A stretch of 37,654 nucleotides of DNA, taken from positions 1 to 37,654 of the IMG/VR virus record IMGVR_UViG_3300048574_000383, one strand, 5' to 3'. Within the stretch, counting starts at the first letter, position 1. Every line of letters begins with the position of its first letter. Origin of the DNA: a virus. Taxonomy: Duplodnaviria; Caudoviricetes. Positions 17,258 through 27,700 of this stretch are shown here, one piece after another. Made by a program: the position numbers and the translations under genes. The notes under the pieces are model-generated. The model was not told the DNA's origin. It searched no databases and saw only the letters and a list, made by a program, of their open reading frames with translations.

Positions 17258-18528
17258 TGAACTTCCTGCAGCGCGCCGTCGCCGGCCTAGCGAATAGCGT
17301 GGGGCTTCAGGCCTCCTCGCGCGACGCGTGGGACGGCCGCTGGTGGGGTGGGGAAGTTATCCAATCCCTGGCCGGCCAGGTCGTCACCAACGATACGGCG
17401 CTGCAGCTGGACGTGATTCAGTCGGTGCTGGAGCGCCTGGCCGGGACTGTCTCGACGTTGCCGCTCATGGTGTTCGAGCGCACGGGCGAGGATTCGCGGC
17501 GCGTCGCCCGTGAGCATCCGCTCTATCGCGTCTTGCACACCGCGCCAAACCGGCGCCAGACCGCGCAGGAGTACCGCGACGAACAACAGCGTCACCTGGC
17601 CTGGTGGCGCAACGCCTATGCCCGGATCGTCCCGGGCGAAGATCCGATTGATGAACTCGATCCGATCCACCCGTCGCGCGTAACCCGCGTCGAGCGCGGT
17701 TCGGACGGGTGGGTCTACTACACGGTGCAGCGGCTCGCGCCGGCGATGGGACATGACATCTATCGCGAGGACGAGATCTGGCACATCCGCAAGGCGCCGC
17801 TCACTCCCGACGGTCTGCGCGGGCGGCCGGTCTGGGAGACGGCCCGCGAGACGATCGGAAAGGCGCAGGCTGTCGAAGCGTTCGGCGCTCTCTACTTCGC
17901 CAACGGCGGGTCGGGCGGCGGTGTCCTGAAGCATCCCGGTACGTTCAAGTCTAAGGAAGACGAACAGGACTTTCTGCGCAGCTGGCGCGAGGGCGGTTCA
18001 GGGCTCAACCGCCACCGCGACCGCCTGCTGAAGTACGGCGTCGACTATGACCGGTTCACGGTCAACAACGACGAGGCGCAGTTCCTCGAAACCCTGAAGG
18101 AAGTCGGGGTCAAACTCTGCCGTCTGTGGAACATGCCACCGCACCTGGTCGGCATGCTCGATAAGGCCACCTTCTCGAACATCGAGCAGCAGTCGATCGA
18201 GTATGTGGTCCACACCCTCGCGCCGTGGATCGCGGCCTGGGAACAGGCGGCGGCGCGCGACCTGCTGATCGGCGCTGACCGTGAGCGCTACTTTGTCGAA
18301 TTCAACGTCGCCGGCCTGTTGCGCGGCGACTTCAAGACCCGGTGGCAGGCCTACGCCTGGGGCCGGCAATGGGGCTGGCTGTCGATCAATGACGTGCGGC
18401 GCCTCGAAAACATGGACCCCGTCGCGGACGGCGACGCCTACCTGCAACCGCTGAACATGGTCCCCGCCGGATCAGCGCCGCCCGCCGGCGCAGACGGCGG
18501 CGATCCGAAGGATCCAGCCAATGCGTGA
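17257..18528 (+). CDS. HK97-family portal protein
   Basis: HPLYRVLHTAPNRRQT, DEAQFLE, ATFSNIEQQS, LLRGD and INDVRRLEN. Confidence 0.95.
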   Translation: MNFLQRAVAGLANSVGLQASSRDAWDGRWWGGEVIQSLAGQVVTNDTALQLDVIQSVLERLAGTVSTLPLMVFERTGEDSRRVAREHPLYRVLHTAPNRRQTAQEYRDEQQRHLAWWRNAYARIVPGEDPIDELDPIHPSRVTRVERGSDGWVYYTVQRLAPAMGHDIYREDEIWHIRKAPLTPDGLRGRPVWETARETIGKAQAVEAFGALYFANGGSGGGVLKHPGTFKSKEDEQDFLRSWREGGSGLNRHRDRLLKYGVDYDRFTVNNDEAQFLETLKEVGVKLCRLWNMPPHLVGMLDKATFSNIEQQSIEYVVHTLAPWIAAWEQAAARDLLIGADRERYFVEFNVAGLLRGDFKTRWQAYAWGRQWGWLSINDVRRLENMDPVADGDAYLQPLNMVPAGSAPPAGADGGDPKDPANA

Positions 18529-19336
18529 TCACCTCATTCAGTTCGCCGCCGCGACCGGGGAATCGCTGCTGGCCGTGGAGCCCGATCGCCTGGGCGTCGA
18601 AGCCCGCGACGGCGCGGCGACGCCGGGGGCCGGCATCGCGGTCATCCCGCTTCAGGGTGGTTTGACGCCGCGCGGGCTGACGTTCTTTGGACGCGTGCTT
18701 GTCCCCGGCATGGACGCCTTCCGCGCCGCTGGCGATCGCGCGGCGGCGGACCCGAACGTTGCGGCGATCGTGCTGGACGTGAACACCCCCGGCGGGACCT
18801 ACGCCGGCACGCCGGAAACCGCCGCCGCCGTGGCGCGCTGGGCGCAGGTCAAGCCAGTCGTGGCTGTCGTCGACACACTCATGGCCTCGGCGGGCTACTT
18901 CATCGGCTCCCAGGCGAGCGAAATCGTCGTGACACCGTCCGGCGAAGTCGGCTCGATCGGTGTGCTCGCGACCCATCTGGACTTCTCCAAGATGCTGGAA
19001 AACGACGGCGTCACCCCCACGATCATCCGCTCGCGCGCGTCGAAGGCCGACGCCAACCCCTATGAGCCGCTTTCAGCGGAGGCCAAGGCCGCAATCGAGG
19101 CCAGCGTTCGAGAAGCCGACGCCGAGTTCCTGAAGGCCGTCGCCAAGGGCCGCAACATGTCTCTGCCCCAGGTGCGCCAGCTCGCCGACGAGGGCGGGTT
19201 CGGCCGCCTGATGAGCGGCAAGGCGGCCGTCGCCGCCGGCATGGCCGACCGCGTTGCCACCATGGGCGAAGTCCTGGCCGGCATGGTCAAGCCGCGGGCC
19301 GCCGCCAAGCGCCGTTCCGCGCTCGCCTTCCTCTGA
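18521..19336 (+). CDS. S49/SppA-type prohead protease
   Basis: LDVNTPGG, MASAGYFIGS and VGSIGV. Confidence 0.9.
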   Translation: MRDHLIQFAAATGESLLAVEPDRLGVEARDGAATPGAGIAVIPLQGGLTPRGLTFFGRVLVPGMDAFRAAGDRAAADPNVAAIVLDVNTPGGTYAGTPETAAAVARWAQVKPVVAVVDTLMASAGYFIGSQASEIVVTPSGEVGSIGVLATHLDFSKMLENDGVTPTIIRSRASKADANPYEPLSAEAKAAIEASVREADAEFLKAVAKGRNMSLPQVRQLADEGGFGRLMSGKAAVAAGMADRVATMGEVLAGMVKPRAAAKRRSALAFL

Positions 19337-19337
19337 C

Positions 19338-19352
19338 GCGAGCGGCGCTCGC
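19338..19352. promoter_or_regulatory. Late-region palindrome, copy 1
   Basis: GCGAGCG-G-CGCTCGC in the gap upstream of the major capsid gene. Confidence 0.65.
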
Positions 19353-19448
19353 ACGTCGCTTGCCCTTCCACCCACAACCATCGCCACCTGTGATCCGCCG
19401 GGGCCACAGGACGACGGCGCGCCGCCCCGGCTGACCGGAGTCTGACCC

Positions 19449-20783
19449 ATGACTTTGAAGGAACTCCGCCAGCAGCGTGCCGACAAGGCCAAGCGCGGCA
19501 AGGCGGCCCTCGAAGAATACAACACCCTTTCCGCCAAGGCCGAGCGCTCGGCCGAGGAGGAGACCAAGCTTGAAGCCCTGGGCGCCGAGCTGGACCAGCT
19601 GGAGGCCGCGGTGGGCGAGCTGGACACCAAGATCGCCGCCGAGGACGCCCGCGCGCGCCGCGGCGCCCTCTTCGCCACGGGCGCCCGCCCGGCGGCCGGC
19701 GCGACCGCGCGCACCGTACATGAGCCCAATCCGGAAACGACCGGCGGCTTCCGCAACCTCGCCGAGTTCGCGGTCGCCGTCCGGAACGCCCAGACGGGCA
19801 TGGGCACCGACCCGCGCCTGGCCAATGCGGACCAGTCGCCGGAGCGCGGCGCCGCGCCGACCGGCTTTCACCAGAACCAGGGCGCGGCCGGCGAAGGCTT
19901 CCTGGTGCCGAGCGACTATCGCCAGGCGATCTGGGAGCTGGCGTTCAACGAAGTCGACCTGCTGGGCATGGTTGCGCCGGAGCCGACGTCGTCGAACAGC
20001 GTCCATATCGCCAAGGACGAAAGCACGCCGTGGGGCTCTTCGGGCGTGCAGGCTTACTGGCGTTCGGAAGGTTCGCAGATGGTCGCCTCCAAGGCGGCGC
20101 AGACCGGCGCACTGGTGCAATTGCACGAACTCTACGCCTTCGTGCTGGCCACGGACGAGGTGCTGAGCGATGCGCCCCGTTTGCAGGACCGCCTCACCCG
20201 TCAAGCGGCCCGCGCGATCTCCTGGAAGGCCTCTGACGCGATCATGTGGGGCGACGGCAACGGCAAGCCGCTGGGCTTCATGAAATCGCCCGCGCTCGTG
20301 ACCGTGGCCAAGGAAAGCGGCCAGGCGGCCGACAGTCTAGCGGTCAAGAACATCCTGAACATGAACGCGCGCGTTCTGCGGATGGGCGGCCGCCCGATCT
20401 GGCTCGGCAATTCGGACATCGATCCGTCGCTGGGCACGCTGACGATCGGTGATTCCCCGGCCTTTCTGCCGAACAGCCAGCCTCTCACCAGCGCATGGGA
20501 GGGCTTTCTGCGCGGCAAGCCGCTGCTCTACAGCGAGCACGCGGCGACGATCGGCGACAAGGGCGACCTCTCGCTGATCGACCTGAATGGCTACTACTGC
20601 GCCACGAAGCAAGGCGGCGGGATCGACTTCGCCGCCTCAATCCACCTGTTCTTCGATTACAACATCCAAGCGTTCCGCTGGACCTTCCGCTTCGGCGGGC
20701 AGCCGTTCCTGTCGAAGCCGGTCGAACCGGCCCGAGGCAGCAACACGAAGTCCCACTTCGTCACCCTGGCCGACCGCGCCTAG
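19449..20783 (+). CDS. Major capsid protein, HK97 fold
   Basis: N-terminal coiled-coil delta domain, GEGFLVP, GDGNGKPLG and AFRWTFRFGGQP. Confidence 0.93.
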   Translation: MTLKELRQQRADKAKRGKAALEEYNTLSAKAERSAEEETKLEALGAELDQLEAAVGELDTKIAAEDARARRGALFATGARPAAGATARTVHEPNPETTGGFRNLAEFAVAVRNAQTGMGTDPRLANADQSPERGAAPTGFHQNQGAAGEGFLVPSDYRQAIWELAFNEVDLLGMVAPEPTSSNSVHIAKDESTPWGSSGVQAYWRSEGSQMVASKAAQTGALVQLHELYAFVLATDEVLSDAPRLQDRLTRQAARAISWKASDAIMWGDGNGKPLGFMKSPALVTVAKESGQAADSLAVKNILNMNARVLRMGGRPIWLGNSDIDPSLGTLTIGDSPAFLPNSQPLTSAWEGFLRGKPLLYSEHAATIGDKGDLSLIDLNGYYCATKQGGGIDFAASIHLFFDYNIQAFRWTFRFGGQPFLSKPVEPARGSNTKSHFVTLADRA

Positions 20784-20811
20784 CAGCTCCCGCTGCCTGG
20801 TCCTGAGTAGC

Positions 20812-20847
20812 GGCGGCGAGGCCCACAGGGCGTGACGCCTCGCCGCC
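20812..20847 (+). other. 11-bp GC hairpin after the capsid gene
   Basis: GGCGGCGAGGC pairs with GCCTCGCCGCC. There is no U-tract, so mRNA stabilisation or attenuation is more likely than intrinsic termination. Confidence 0.5.
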
Positions 20848-20893
20848 CATCCTCCGTACGTCGCCGCCCGCCTCAAAACCGAAAGGCGTTCCC

Positions 20894-21340
20894 ATGAACA
20901 CCGCTTTCCTGCCGTCGCAGCGTGCGGCGATCGTCGGCGTCGTCACGCCTCAGTCCGCCTCGACCGCCAAGTCGAGCGGCTGGATCGACGCCACCTCCTT
21001 CCACAACTATCTCGCCGCCATCGCCGTCGGCACGCTCGGCGCGTCCGCTACCGTCGACGCCAAGCTTGAGCAAGCGACCGACAGCGGCGGCACGGGCGCC
21101 AAGGACGTTACCGGCAAGTCGATCACCCAGCTGACCAAGGCCGGATCGGACGACGACAAGCAGGTTCTGATCAACCTGGCCCAGCCGGACCTGGACTTCG
21201 CCAACGGCTTCAAGTTCTTCCGCCTGACGGTCACGCCGGCGACGGCGCTTTGCCCGATCGCCGGGATGATCTTCGGACTCGATCCCCGCTATGGCGTCGC
21301 GTCCGACTACGATGCGGCCTCGGTCGACGAGATCGTCTGA
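20894..21340 (+). CDS. Head-associated structural protein
   Basis: Follows the capsid gene, beta-rich composition, GAAAGG RBS. Confidence 0.7.
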   Translation: MNTAFLPSQRAAIVGVVTPQSASTAKSSGWIDATSFHNYLAAIAVGTLGASATVDAKLEQATDSGGTGAKDVTGKSITQLTKAGSDDDKQVLINLAQPDLDFANGFKFFRLTVTPATALCPIAGMIFGLDPRYGVASDYDAASVDEIV

Positions 21341-21344
21341 GCCC

Positions 21345-21878
21345 ATGGCGCTGCGTGTCGTCACACCGCCGGCTGCGTCTCTCGTGACGCTTTCGGCGGC
21401 GAAGGAGCATCTGCATCTGGACGCCATCGACGAGGACCCGCTGGTGCGGGATCTGATCGAAGTGGCGACCGAGCGGGTGGAGGCGTTCACGCAGCGCCGC
21501 TATCTCACCCAGGTCCTGGAATGGGTTCTGCCGTGCTGGCGCGCCGAGCTGCGCCTGCCCGTCGCCCCTGTCCAGAGCGTGCACAGCATCACTTACATCG
21601 ACAGCGCGGGTGCCGCGCAGACCCTGGCGCCGAGCGCCTATGTGGTTTCGCCCTCGGGCCAGACTAAGGCCATTCGCCCGCGCTCGGGCGCGACGTGGCC
21701 GGCGCTGGATCCGGACGCCACCGAAGCCGTCGTCGTTCGCTTCACCGCCGGCGCTGCGAGCGCGCCGGCGTCGGCCCGCCAGGCCGCCCTTCTGTGGATC
21801 GGTGCGTTGCACGCCGACCGCGAGGCCCCTGAGCCCCCGCCCGTCGCCGGACTGCTGATGGACGAGACCTGGTCCTGA
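21345..21878 (+). CDS. Head-tail connector (gp6-like)
   Basis: VTLSAAKEHLHLD, LPVAPVQSVHSITYID and RQAALLWIGALH. Confidence 0.88.
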   Translation: MALRVVTPPAASLVTLSAAKEHLHLDAIDEDPLVRDLIEVATERVEAFTQRRYLTQVLEWVLPCWRAELRLPVAPVQSVHSITYIDSAGAAQTLAPSAYVVSPSGQTKAIRPRSGATWPALDPDATEAVVVRFTAGAASAPASARQAALLWIGALHADREAPEPPPVAGLLMDETWS

Positions 21879-21885
21879 GGCGGCC

Positions 21886-21900
21886 GCGAGCGCCGCTCGC
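21886..21900. promoter_or_regulatory. Late-region palindrome, copy 2
   Basis: GCGAGCG-C-CGCTCGC upstream of the 21936 gene. Confidence 0.65.
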
Positions 21901-21935
21901 ATCCCTTCACCACACCCTGAAGCAAGGAGGCCGCC

Positions 21936-22346
21936 ATGGCCGATGTGACGATTACGGCCGCCAATGTCGTGCCGGGGGCCAATGCCCGCACCGTGCAAGG
22001 CGTCGGCGGCGCCACGATCACGGCCGGGCAGGTCGTCTACCAGGAAGCCGCCACCGGCAAGTGGAAGCTCGCCGACGCCGACTCCGCGACGGCCGAGGTG
22101 CGGCAGGCCAAGGGCATCGCCCTCACGGGCTGCGCCAACAACCAGCCCATCGTGGTCCAGACCGACGGCGACCTGACGATCGGCGGCACGCTGACGGCGG
22201 GCGCCGCCTACTACCTGTCCGGCACGGCGGGCGGCATCTGCCCGGTCGCCGACGTCGGGGCGGGCGAGTACGTCTGCCTGCTCGGCCTGGCGAAGAGCAC
22301 GAGCGTGCTCGCCATGAACATCCAGTACCCGGGCGTCTCGCTCTGA
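21936..22346 (+). CDS. Putative capsid cement/decoration protein
   Basis: GATITAGQVVY...WKLADAD...GIAL pattern, strong AAGGAGG RBS. Confidence 0.6.
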   Translation: MADVTITAANVVPGANARTVQGVGGATITAGQVVYQEAATGKWKLADADSATAEVRQAKGIALTGCANNQPIVVQTDGDLTIGGTLTAGAAYYLSGTAGGICPVADVGAGEYVCLLGLAKSTSVLAMNIQYPGVSL

Positions 22347-22714
22347 TGAGCCGGGCCGGCGCGCTCAACGTGCGGCTCGAGCTGCTGCGCGCCGCCGTGA
22401 CGACGGATGCGACCGGCGGCGAGGTGCAGACCTGGTCGCCGATCGCCACGGTCTGGGCGGAGCGCGTGCAGTCGAGCGTCGCAGAGCGGATCGCCGCCGG
22501 CCAGGCGCAGGCTTCCGTCGCCACCCTGTTCCGCATCCGCTGGGCGTCGGCCTGGGCGGACCTCGATCCGACGGACCGGGTGCGCGAGCGTGACTCCCGG
22601 CGAACCTACGACGTGCGCGGCGTGGTCGAGCCGCACCAGGTCCGGGGCGCTTCGGTGCGCCCTCGCACCTGGCTGGAGATCTCCGCCGTGGCGCGGGGAG
22701 AGCGTGTCGCGTGA
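22346..22714 (+). CDS. Head closure / head-tail adaptor
   Basis: RAGALNVRLEL, DATGGEVQTW...TVWA and FRIRW. TGATG coupling. Confidence 0.85.
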   Translation: MSRAGALNVRLELLRAAVTTDATGGEVQTWSPIATVWAERVQSSVAERIAAGQAQASVATLFRIRWASAWADLDPTDRVRERDSRRTYDVRGVVEPHQVRGASVRPRTWLEISAVARGERVA

Positions 22715-23154
22715 AGGTCAAGGTCGAGGGACTGAAGGACCTCGACGCCGCCCTGGGCGAGCTGTCGCGGTCGGCGGGGAAGGGCGTTCTACGCCGGGTC
22801 GGCCGCCAGGCTCTGGCGCCCGTGGACCAGGCCTGGCGTGAGAAGGCGCCACGCCTGACCGGCGCCCTGGCCGACAGCGGTTCCGTAGGCTCCAAGCTCA
22901 CGCGCAGGCAGCGCAAGGCTGTGGAGCGCGAATCCTTCGTCGAGGTGTTCGCCGGGCCTGGAGGCGACCCCGCCGCGATCCAGCAGGAGTTCGGCAACGC
23001 CGAGCATCCGCCGCAGCCGTTCCTCCGGCCGGCCTGGGAGGAGACCAAGGGCGAGGTGCTGGAGATCGTGAAGACCAATCTCGGCGGCGAGATCAAGAAG
23101 GCCGCCGACCGTGCCGCCAAGCGCGCCGCACGGCTCGCCGCTCGCAAAGGCTGA
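22711..23154 (+). CDS. HK97 gp10-family neck/tail completion protein
   Basis: VEGLKDL, APRLTGALADS and QEFGNAEHPPQPFLRPAW. Confidence 0.9.
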   Translation: MKVKVEGLKDLDAALGELSRSAGKGVLRRVGRQALAPVDQAWREKAPRLTGALADSGSVGSKLTRRQRKAVERESFVEVFAGPGGDPAAIQQEFGNAEHPPQPFLRPAWEETKGEVLEIVKTNLGGEIKKAADRAAKRAARLAARKG

Positions 23155-23157
23155 ACC

Positions 23158-23550
23158 GTGGAAGAGGCACTGCGCGAGGCGCTGCTGGCGGACGCCGGCG
23201 TGTCGGCGATCGTCGCCGGACGCGTGAGCTGGGGCGCAAGGCCACAGGCCAGCGCCCTGCCGGCGATCATCCTGCACGTCGTCTCTGCGCCGATGGATCA
23301 CACCCATCGCGGCCGCACCGAACTGGTCGGTCACCTGGTGCAGATCGACTGCTGGGGAGGGGCGTACCTCGCCGCGAAAACCCTCGCTCGCGCCGTGCTG
23401 GCGGCGCTCGACGGAATGAAGACGCCGCCGCTCCAGGCCTTCCCGCTCGACGTCCGCGACGACGACTTCACCCAAGGCGACGGCCCCGACGCGTCGGGCG
23501 CCTCGGACTTCTACCGCACGTCGATCGACGCGCGGATCTGGCACTCCTGA
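23158..23550 (+). CDS. Tail terminator (DUF3168-like)
   Basis: RVSWGARPQASALPAI, VQIDCWG and YRTSID. Confidence 0.85.
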   Translation: MEEALREALLADAGVSAIVAGRVSWGARPQASALPAIILHVVSAPMDHTHRGRTELVGHLVQIDCWGGAYLAAKTLARAVLAALDGMKTPPLQAFPLDVRDDDFTQGDGPDASGASDFYRTSIDARIWHS

Positions 23551-23568
23551 GCCCGAAAGGACACGACG

Positions 23569-23991
23569 ATGACGACTGAGGCCGCGATCGGCTACGCTAC
23601 CTATTTCGAGGTGGAGACCTCCGCGGGCAGCGGCGTCTACACCGAGCTGGGCGAAGTGACGAACATCACCCCGCCGAACCTGAGCGTCGACCAGGTCGAG
23701 GTCACGCACATGCGCAGCCCGAGCCGGACGAAGGAGTTCATCTCGGGCCTGACCGATCCCGGCGACATGTCGGTGGAGATGAACTACGTCACCGCCGGAG
23801 ACACCGACGATTTCGTGCTGGCCTGGCGCGCCAGCGGCGAGGTCCGCTCGTGTCGGATCAAGCACAACCAGAACTCGGCGACCGACACCTTCCCGGCGTT
23901 CATCCTCGGCTACCAGACGGCGATCCCGGTCGGCGACAAGAAGTCGGCGACCCTGAACCTGAAGGTCGCCGGCGCCGTGGTGAGGTCGTAA
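23569..23991 (+). CDS. Major tail tube protein
   Basis: GEVTNITPP, VEVTHMRSP and KEFISGLTDPG. Confidence 0.9.
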   Translation: MTTEAAIGYATYFEVETSAGSGVYTELGEVTNITPPNLSVDQVEVTHMRSPSRTKEFISGLTDPGDMSVEMNYVTAGDTDDFVLAWRASGEVRSCRIKHNQNSATDTFPAFILGYQTAIPVGDKKSATLNLKVAGAVVRS

Positions 23992-23995
23992 GCCG

Positions 23996-24409
23996 ATGGC
24001 GAACCAGCTGAGGGGCGAAGCCGGCTTCAAGGCGGATGGGAAAGACTACACGATCGTCTTCACGATCGATGCGTTCTGCCATCTGGAAGACCGGCTCGAC
24101 CAGGACATCGGCGAGATTCTTCAGCGTTGCCGCAAGGAGCTTAAGCGCCTCGGATTCCTCCGGACGCTTCTCTGGGCTGGCCTGCGAGAGAAGCACGGCG
24201 ACGTCGACGAGGAGGCCTGCGGCGACCTGGTCGCGAAGGTGGGCGTCGTGGCGATGGGCACGCTCCTCGCGACGGCCATGATGCAGGCGATGCCGCCGCC
24301 CAAGGAGGCCGCCAAGCGCACCGAGGGCCCTCGGAAGCCGAAGGCGAAGGCGACGCCGGCGGCGGCGGATGGGACTGGCGCCGCCTCTTCGGAATCTGGA
24401 TCGAGCTGA
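23996..24409 (+). CDS. Tail assembly chaperone (G-like)
   Basis: MANQLRGE...FTIDAFCHLED. Lies between the tube and tape measure genes. Confidence 0.85.
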   Translation: MANQLRGEAGFKADGKDYTIVFTIDAFCHLEDRLDQDIGEILQRCRKELKRLGFLRTLLWAGLREKHGDVDEEACGDLVAKVGVVAMGTLLATAMMQAMPPPKEAAKRTEGPRKPKAKATPAAADGTGAASSESGSS

Positions 24410-24735
24410 ACCTTGGGCCGCCCGACGCCTTCTGGCGTCTGACGCCGCGCCTGTTTGACGACGCCGTGCGCGCGCGCATGCGCGCTATGGACGGAGAACG
24501 CCGCATCGCCCGGGCTTTGGCCTGGTGCACGTCGATGTTGCCGCACATGAAGCGCCCGCCCAGCTTGCGCGTGTTCGTCGGTGAGCCAAGCGAAGTCGAG
24601 GCGAAGCCGGCTCCGTCACCCGCCGAACTGGTCTGCGTGATGGATCAGTGGCGCTTCGCGACCGTCACGATGGCGACCCCGCAGGCCTCGCTCGGTCCGC
24701 GCAAGAAGTCGAAGCCCCCGAAGCCTCAGGAGTGA
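24331..24735 (+). CDS. Tail assembly chaperone T segment, reached by -1 frameshift
   Basis: The -1 frame is open from the slippery site to 24735 and contains PDAFWRLTPR upstream of the track start at 24466. Confidence 0.75.
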   Translation, partial: SEAEGEGDAGGGGWDWRRLFGIWIELNLGPPDAFWRLTPRLFDDAVRARMRAMDGERRIARALAWCTSMLPHMKRPPSLRVFVGEPSEVEAKPAPSPAELVCVMDQWRFATVTMATPQASLGPRKKSKPPKPQE

Positions 24736-24738
24736 GCG

Positions 24739-27700
24739 ATGGCCGGCAACGCCACGATCGGCGCCCTTCGAGTCGCGCTTGGGCTGGATTCCGCTCAGTT
24801 CGAGACGGGGGTCAAGCGCGCGCGGGGCTCGCTGAATGAGGTTTCGAAGGGCGCACGCAGCGCCGCCGCGGGGGCGGATGAACTAAGCGGCGCGCTGAGC
24901 GGTCTGCAAAGAGGCATAGCCGCCCTCGGCCTGGCCGCTCTCGCCCGAGAGGCCGTCCAGACGGCGGACGCCTGGACGAACATGCGCAGCCAGCTGCGGC
25001 TTGTCTCGGATTCGACCGACCAAGCGGCGGGCGCGATGAAGTCGCTCATGGGCATCGCCCAGGATGCGCGCACCGGCATCGGGGCGACCGTCGACCTCTA
25101 TTCCCGCCTCGCGCGCAGCACGGATGCGCTGGGCGCCTCGCAGGCCGACGTGCTGCAGGTCACCGAGACGATCAGCAAGGCGCTGACCATTTCGGGCACG
25201 AGCGCGGACCAGGCCGGCGGCGCTCTCATGCAGCTCGGCCAGGCGTTCGCCTCGGGCGCGCTTCGCGGGGATGAGCTGAACAGCGTCCTGGAGGGCATGC
25301 CCCGGGTGGCGCAAGCCATCGCCGAGGGGATGGGCGTCACAATCGGGCAGCTCAGGGCGATTGGCGCCGAGGGCAAGCTCACCGCCGACCAGATCTTCCA
25401 GGCGCTGCTGAAGCAATCGGACGTCATCGAGGGCGAGTTCGGCCAGATGACGACGACGGTCGGCCAGGCCGTCACCCAGCTCAGCAACACGGTCACCGAG
25501 TTCATCGGCGAACTGAACGAGGGATCGGCCGCCACGACGGCGCTCACTGACGTCATCGACGAACTCGGCGTGCAGATCGCCGCCGTCGGCGACGCGATGG
25601 GCGAGGCGTCCGAGGCCTATCGCCTGGTGATCGGAGACAGCCAGCAGCTGGAAGGCGCGACGGTCTCGCTCGCCGACGTGGTGGGAACCGCGTCGGAAGC
25701 CGTGATCGTTCTGGCGGCCAACGTCGGCTACGTGTTCCAGCAGGTCGGCGCGCAAATCGGCTACACGTATGAACGCGCCCGCGCGTTCCTGGAGCTGGAC
25801 TTCTCCAAGTTCGACCAGCTCGGCGCCGACAAGCGGCAAAGCGACCAGGCGGCACGCGCGGGGATCGACGCGTTTTCGAGGTCGATCCTTGAAGGCGACC
25901 GCAGCGTCTCCAATCTGCGGCCGGCGCAGCTCAAGGCGCAGCGGGAAAGGCTGTCGGAAACTCGCGACGCCCTGTCTCGCCGCAAGGCCACGCGCCAGCT
26001 GACCGATGACGAGAGCGCGCAGCTCGCCAAGGTGAAATCGGAGCTGCGCGCGATCGATCGTGCGCTGGCGAAGGTGCGCGCTGAGAGCGGCGCAAGCATG
26101 GGCGCCCTGGCCAGGGGCGCGGCGACGGCGCGCGACTCTTCCAAGTCGGCGAAGGATGCGGCTCGCGAACGGGCGAAGGCGGAACGTGACGCCGAACGGG
26201 CTCTGGCGGCGCTTCAGAGCCAGGCCGAGCGCACGATCCAGTCGCTCGAAACCGAGTCCGAAACCTACCTGCGTGAAACGCAGGAGAACATGCTGGTCCT
26301 GCGGGAGGCCCTGGACGCCGGCGTCATCAGCGCCAGCGAATACGCCGACGCGATCGAGCGGATCTGGCAGGCTTCGGTGCAGGCGTCTGATGCGCCGCTT
26401 CCCGGCGATGGCGAGACATTCGATCGGGCGTTCGAGGAAGCATCGCAGGCCTGGGATGAGACCCTCGCCGCCAACGAGGAAGCCACGCGCGAGTCCCTGG
26501 AGCGCATGGGCCGCAGCTTCCGCGGGTTCTTCCAGGAGTGGGTCGGGACCGGCAAGGCCAACTGGCAGCGGCTGCTGCTGGACATGATCGACGACTGGGA
26601 ATCGACGATGGCGGCCCTGAAGTCGCTGGGCGGAAAGCTCGGCGACGCGCTCGGCTCGATCGCCGGCGCGTTCGGCAAGGCCGCCGGCAGCTTCGGAACG
26701 ACGATCGGCCAGGTCATCGGCACGGGCCTGGGGCTCGGAAGCGGCAACGTGGCGCTCGATCTCGGCCTGTCGATCGGCGGCTCGGCGCTGGGGAGTCTGG
26801 CGGGTTCCGCGCTGGGCTCGGCCGCCGCGTCCGCCGCCGGCTCCGCGGCCCTGACCGGCGCGAGCACGGCGCTCGCTACCTCTCTCGGCTGGCTGAGCGC
26901 GGCCGCCGGGCCGATCGGCGCCATTGTCGGCCTGGCGCTCGGCTCGCTCCTGAAGTCCAAGCCGTCCAACCAGGGCGCGCTCGCGACCTTCTCCGGCGAC
27001 GGCTACACGATCAGCGGCAACAAGCGCAGCTCGGAAACCGAGGGCGCGGCCAAGGCCGCCGCCGACGCCGTGCTGCAGGGCCAGGCTCTGCTGGAGGCGG
27101 CGGGGATCAAGCTTCTGGCGACCGTGACGTCGATCGACATCGGCGTGCGCGACCGCACCGACATCCTGCTCTCGGACGGTCGCGCGCTGACCGCCGCCGT
27201 GGGGGACGCGGCGGACGCAGCCGAGACGGCTCTCCTCGCCCTGCTGGACGGCGCCGGGTACGTGTCCGACGCTCAGAAGTCGCTCGTGGAATCGCTCAAG
27301 GCGGCAGGCAAGGGCTTCGACGAGATCGCTGCCGCCCTGAACGGGTTCGCCGCCGCCCAGCAGCTGGGCGCGCAGTTTCAGGCCGCCATCCTGCAGATGA
27401 CCGATCCGCAGGCCTTCGCCCGCTCGCAGCTGGAGGTGCAGCAGAGCGAGCGGCGCTCGCAGCTGCAGGCCGCCGCCGATGCGGGCTATCTGACGGCAGA
27501 GCAACTGGCCGAGCTGAACGCCCAGCTGTCGCGGCTGGAGGCTCTGGAGCTGGACCAGGTCATGGGCCGGGCGGCCGACGACCTGGCCGGCGCGGTCGAC
27601 CAGGCGACGAACGATCTGCGCAGCGCCTACGACGCCCAGGTGGCCGCGATCCAGGCGCAGCTGGACGACTGGAAGGCGATCGGCGCGAGCCTGGAGAGCT

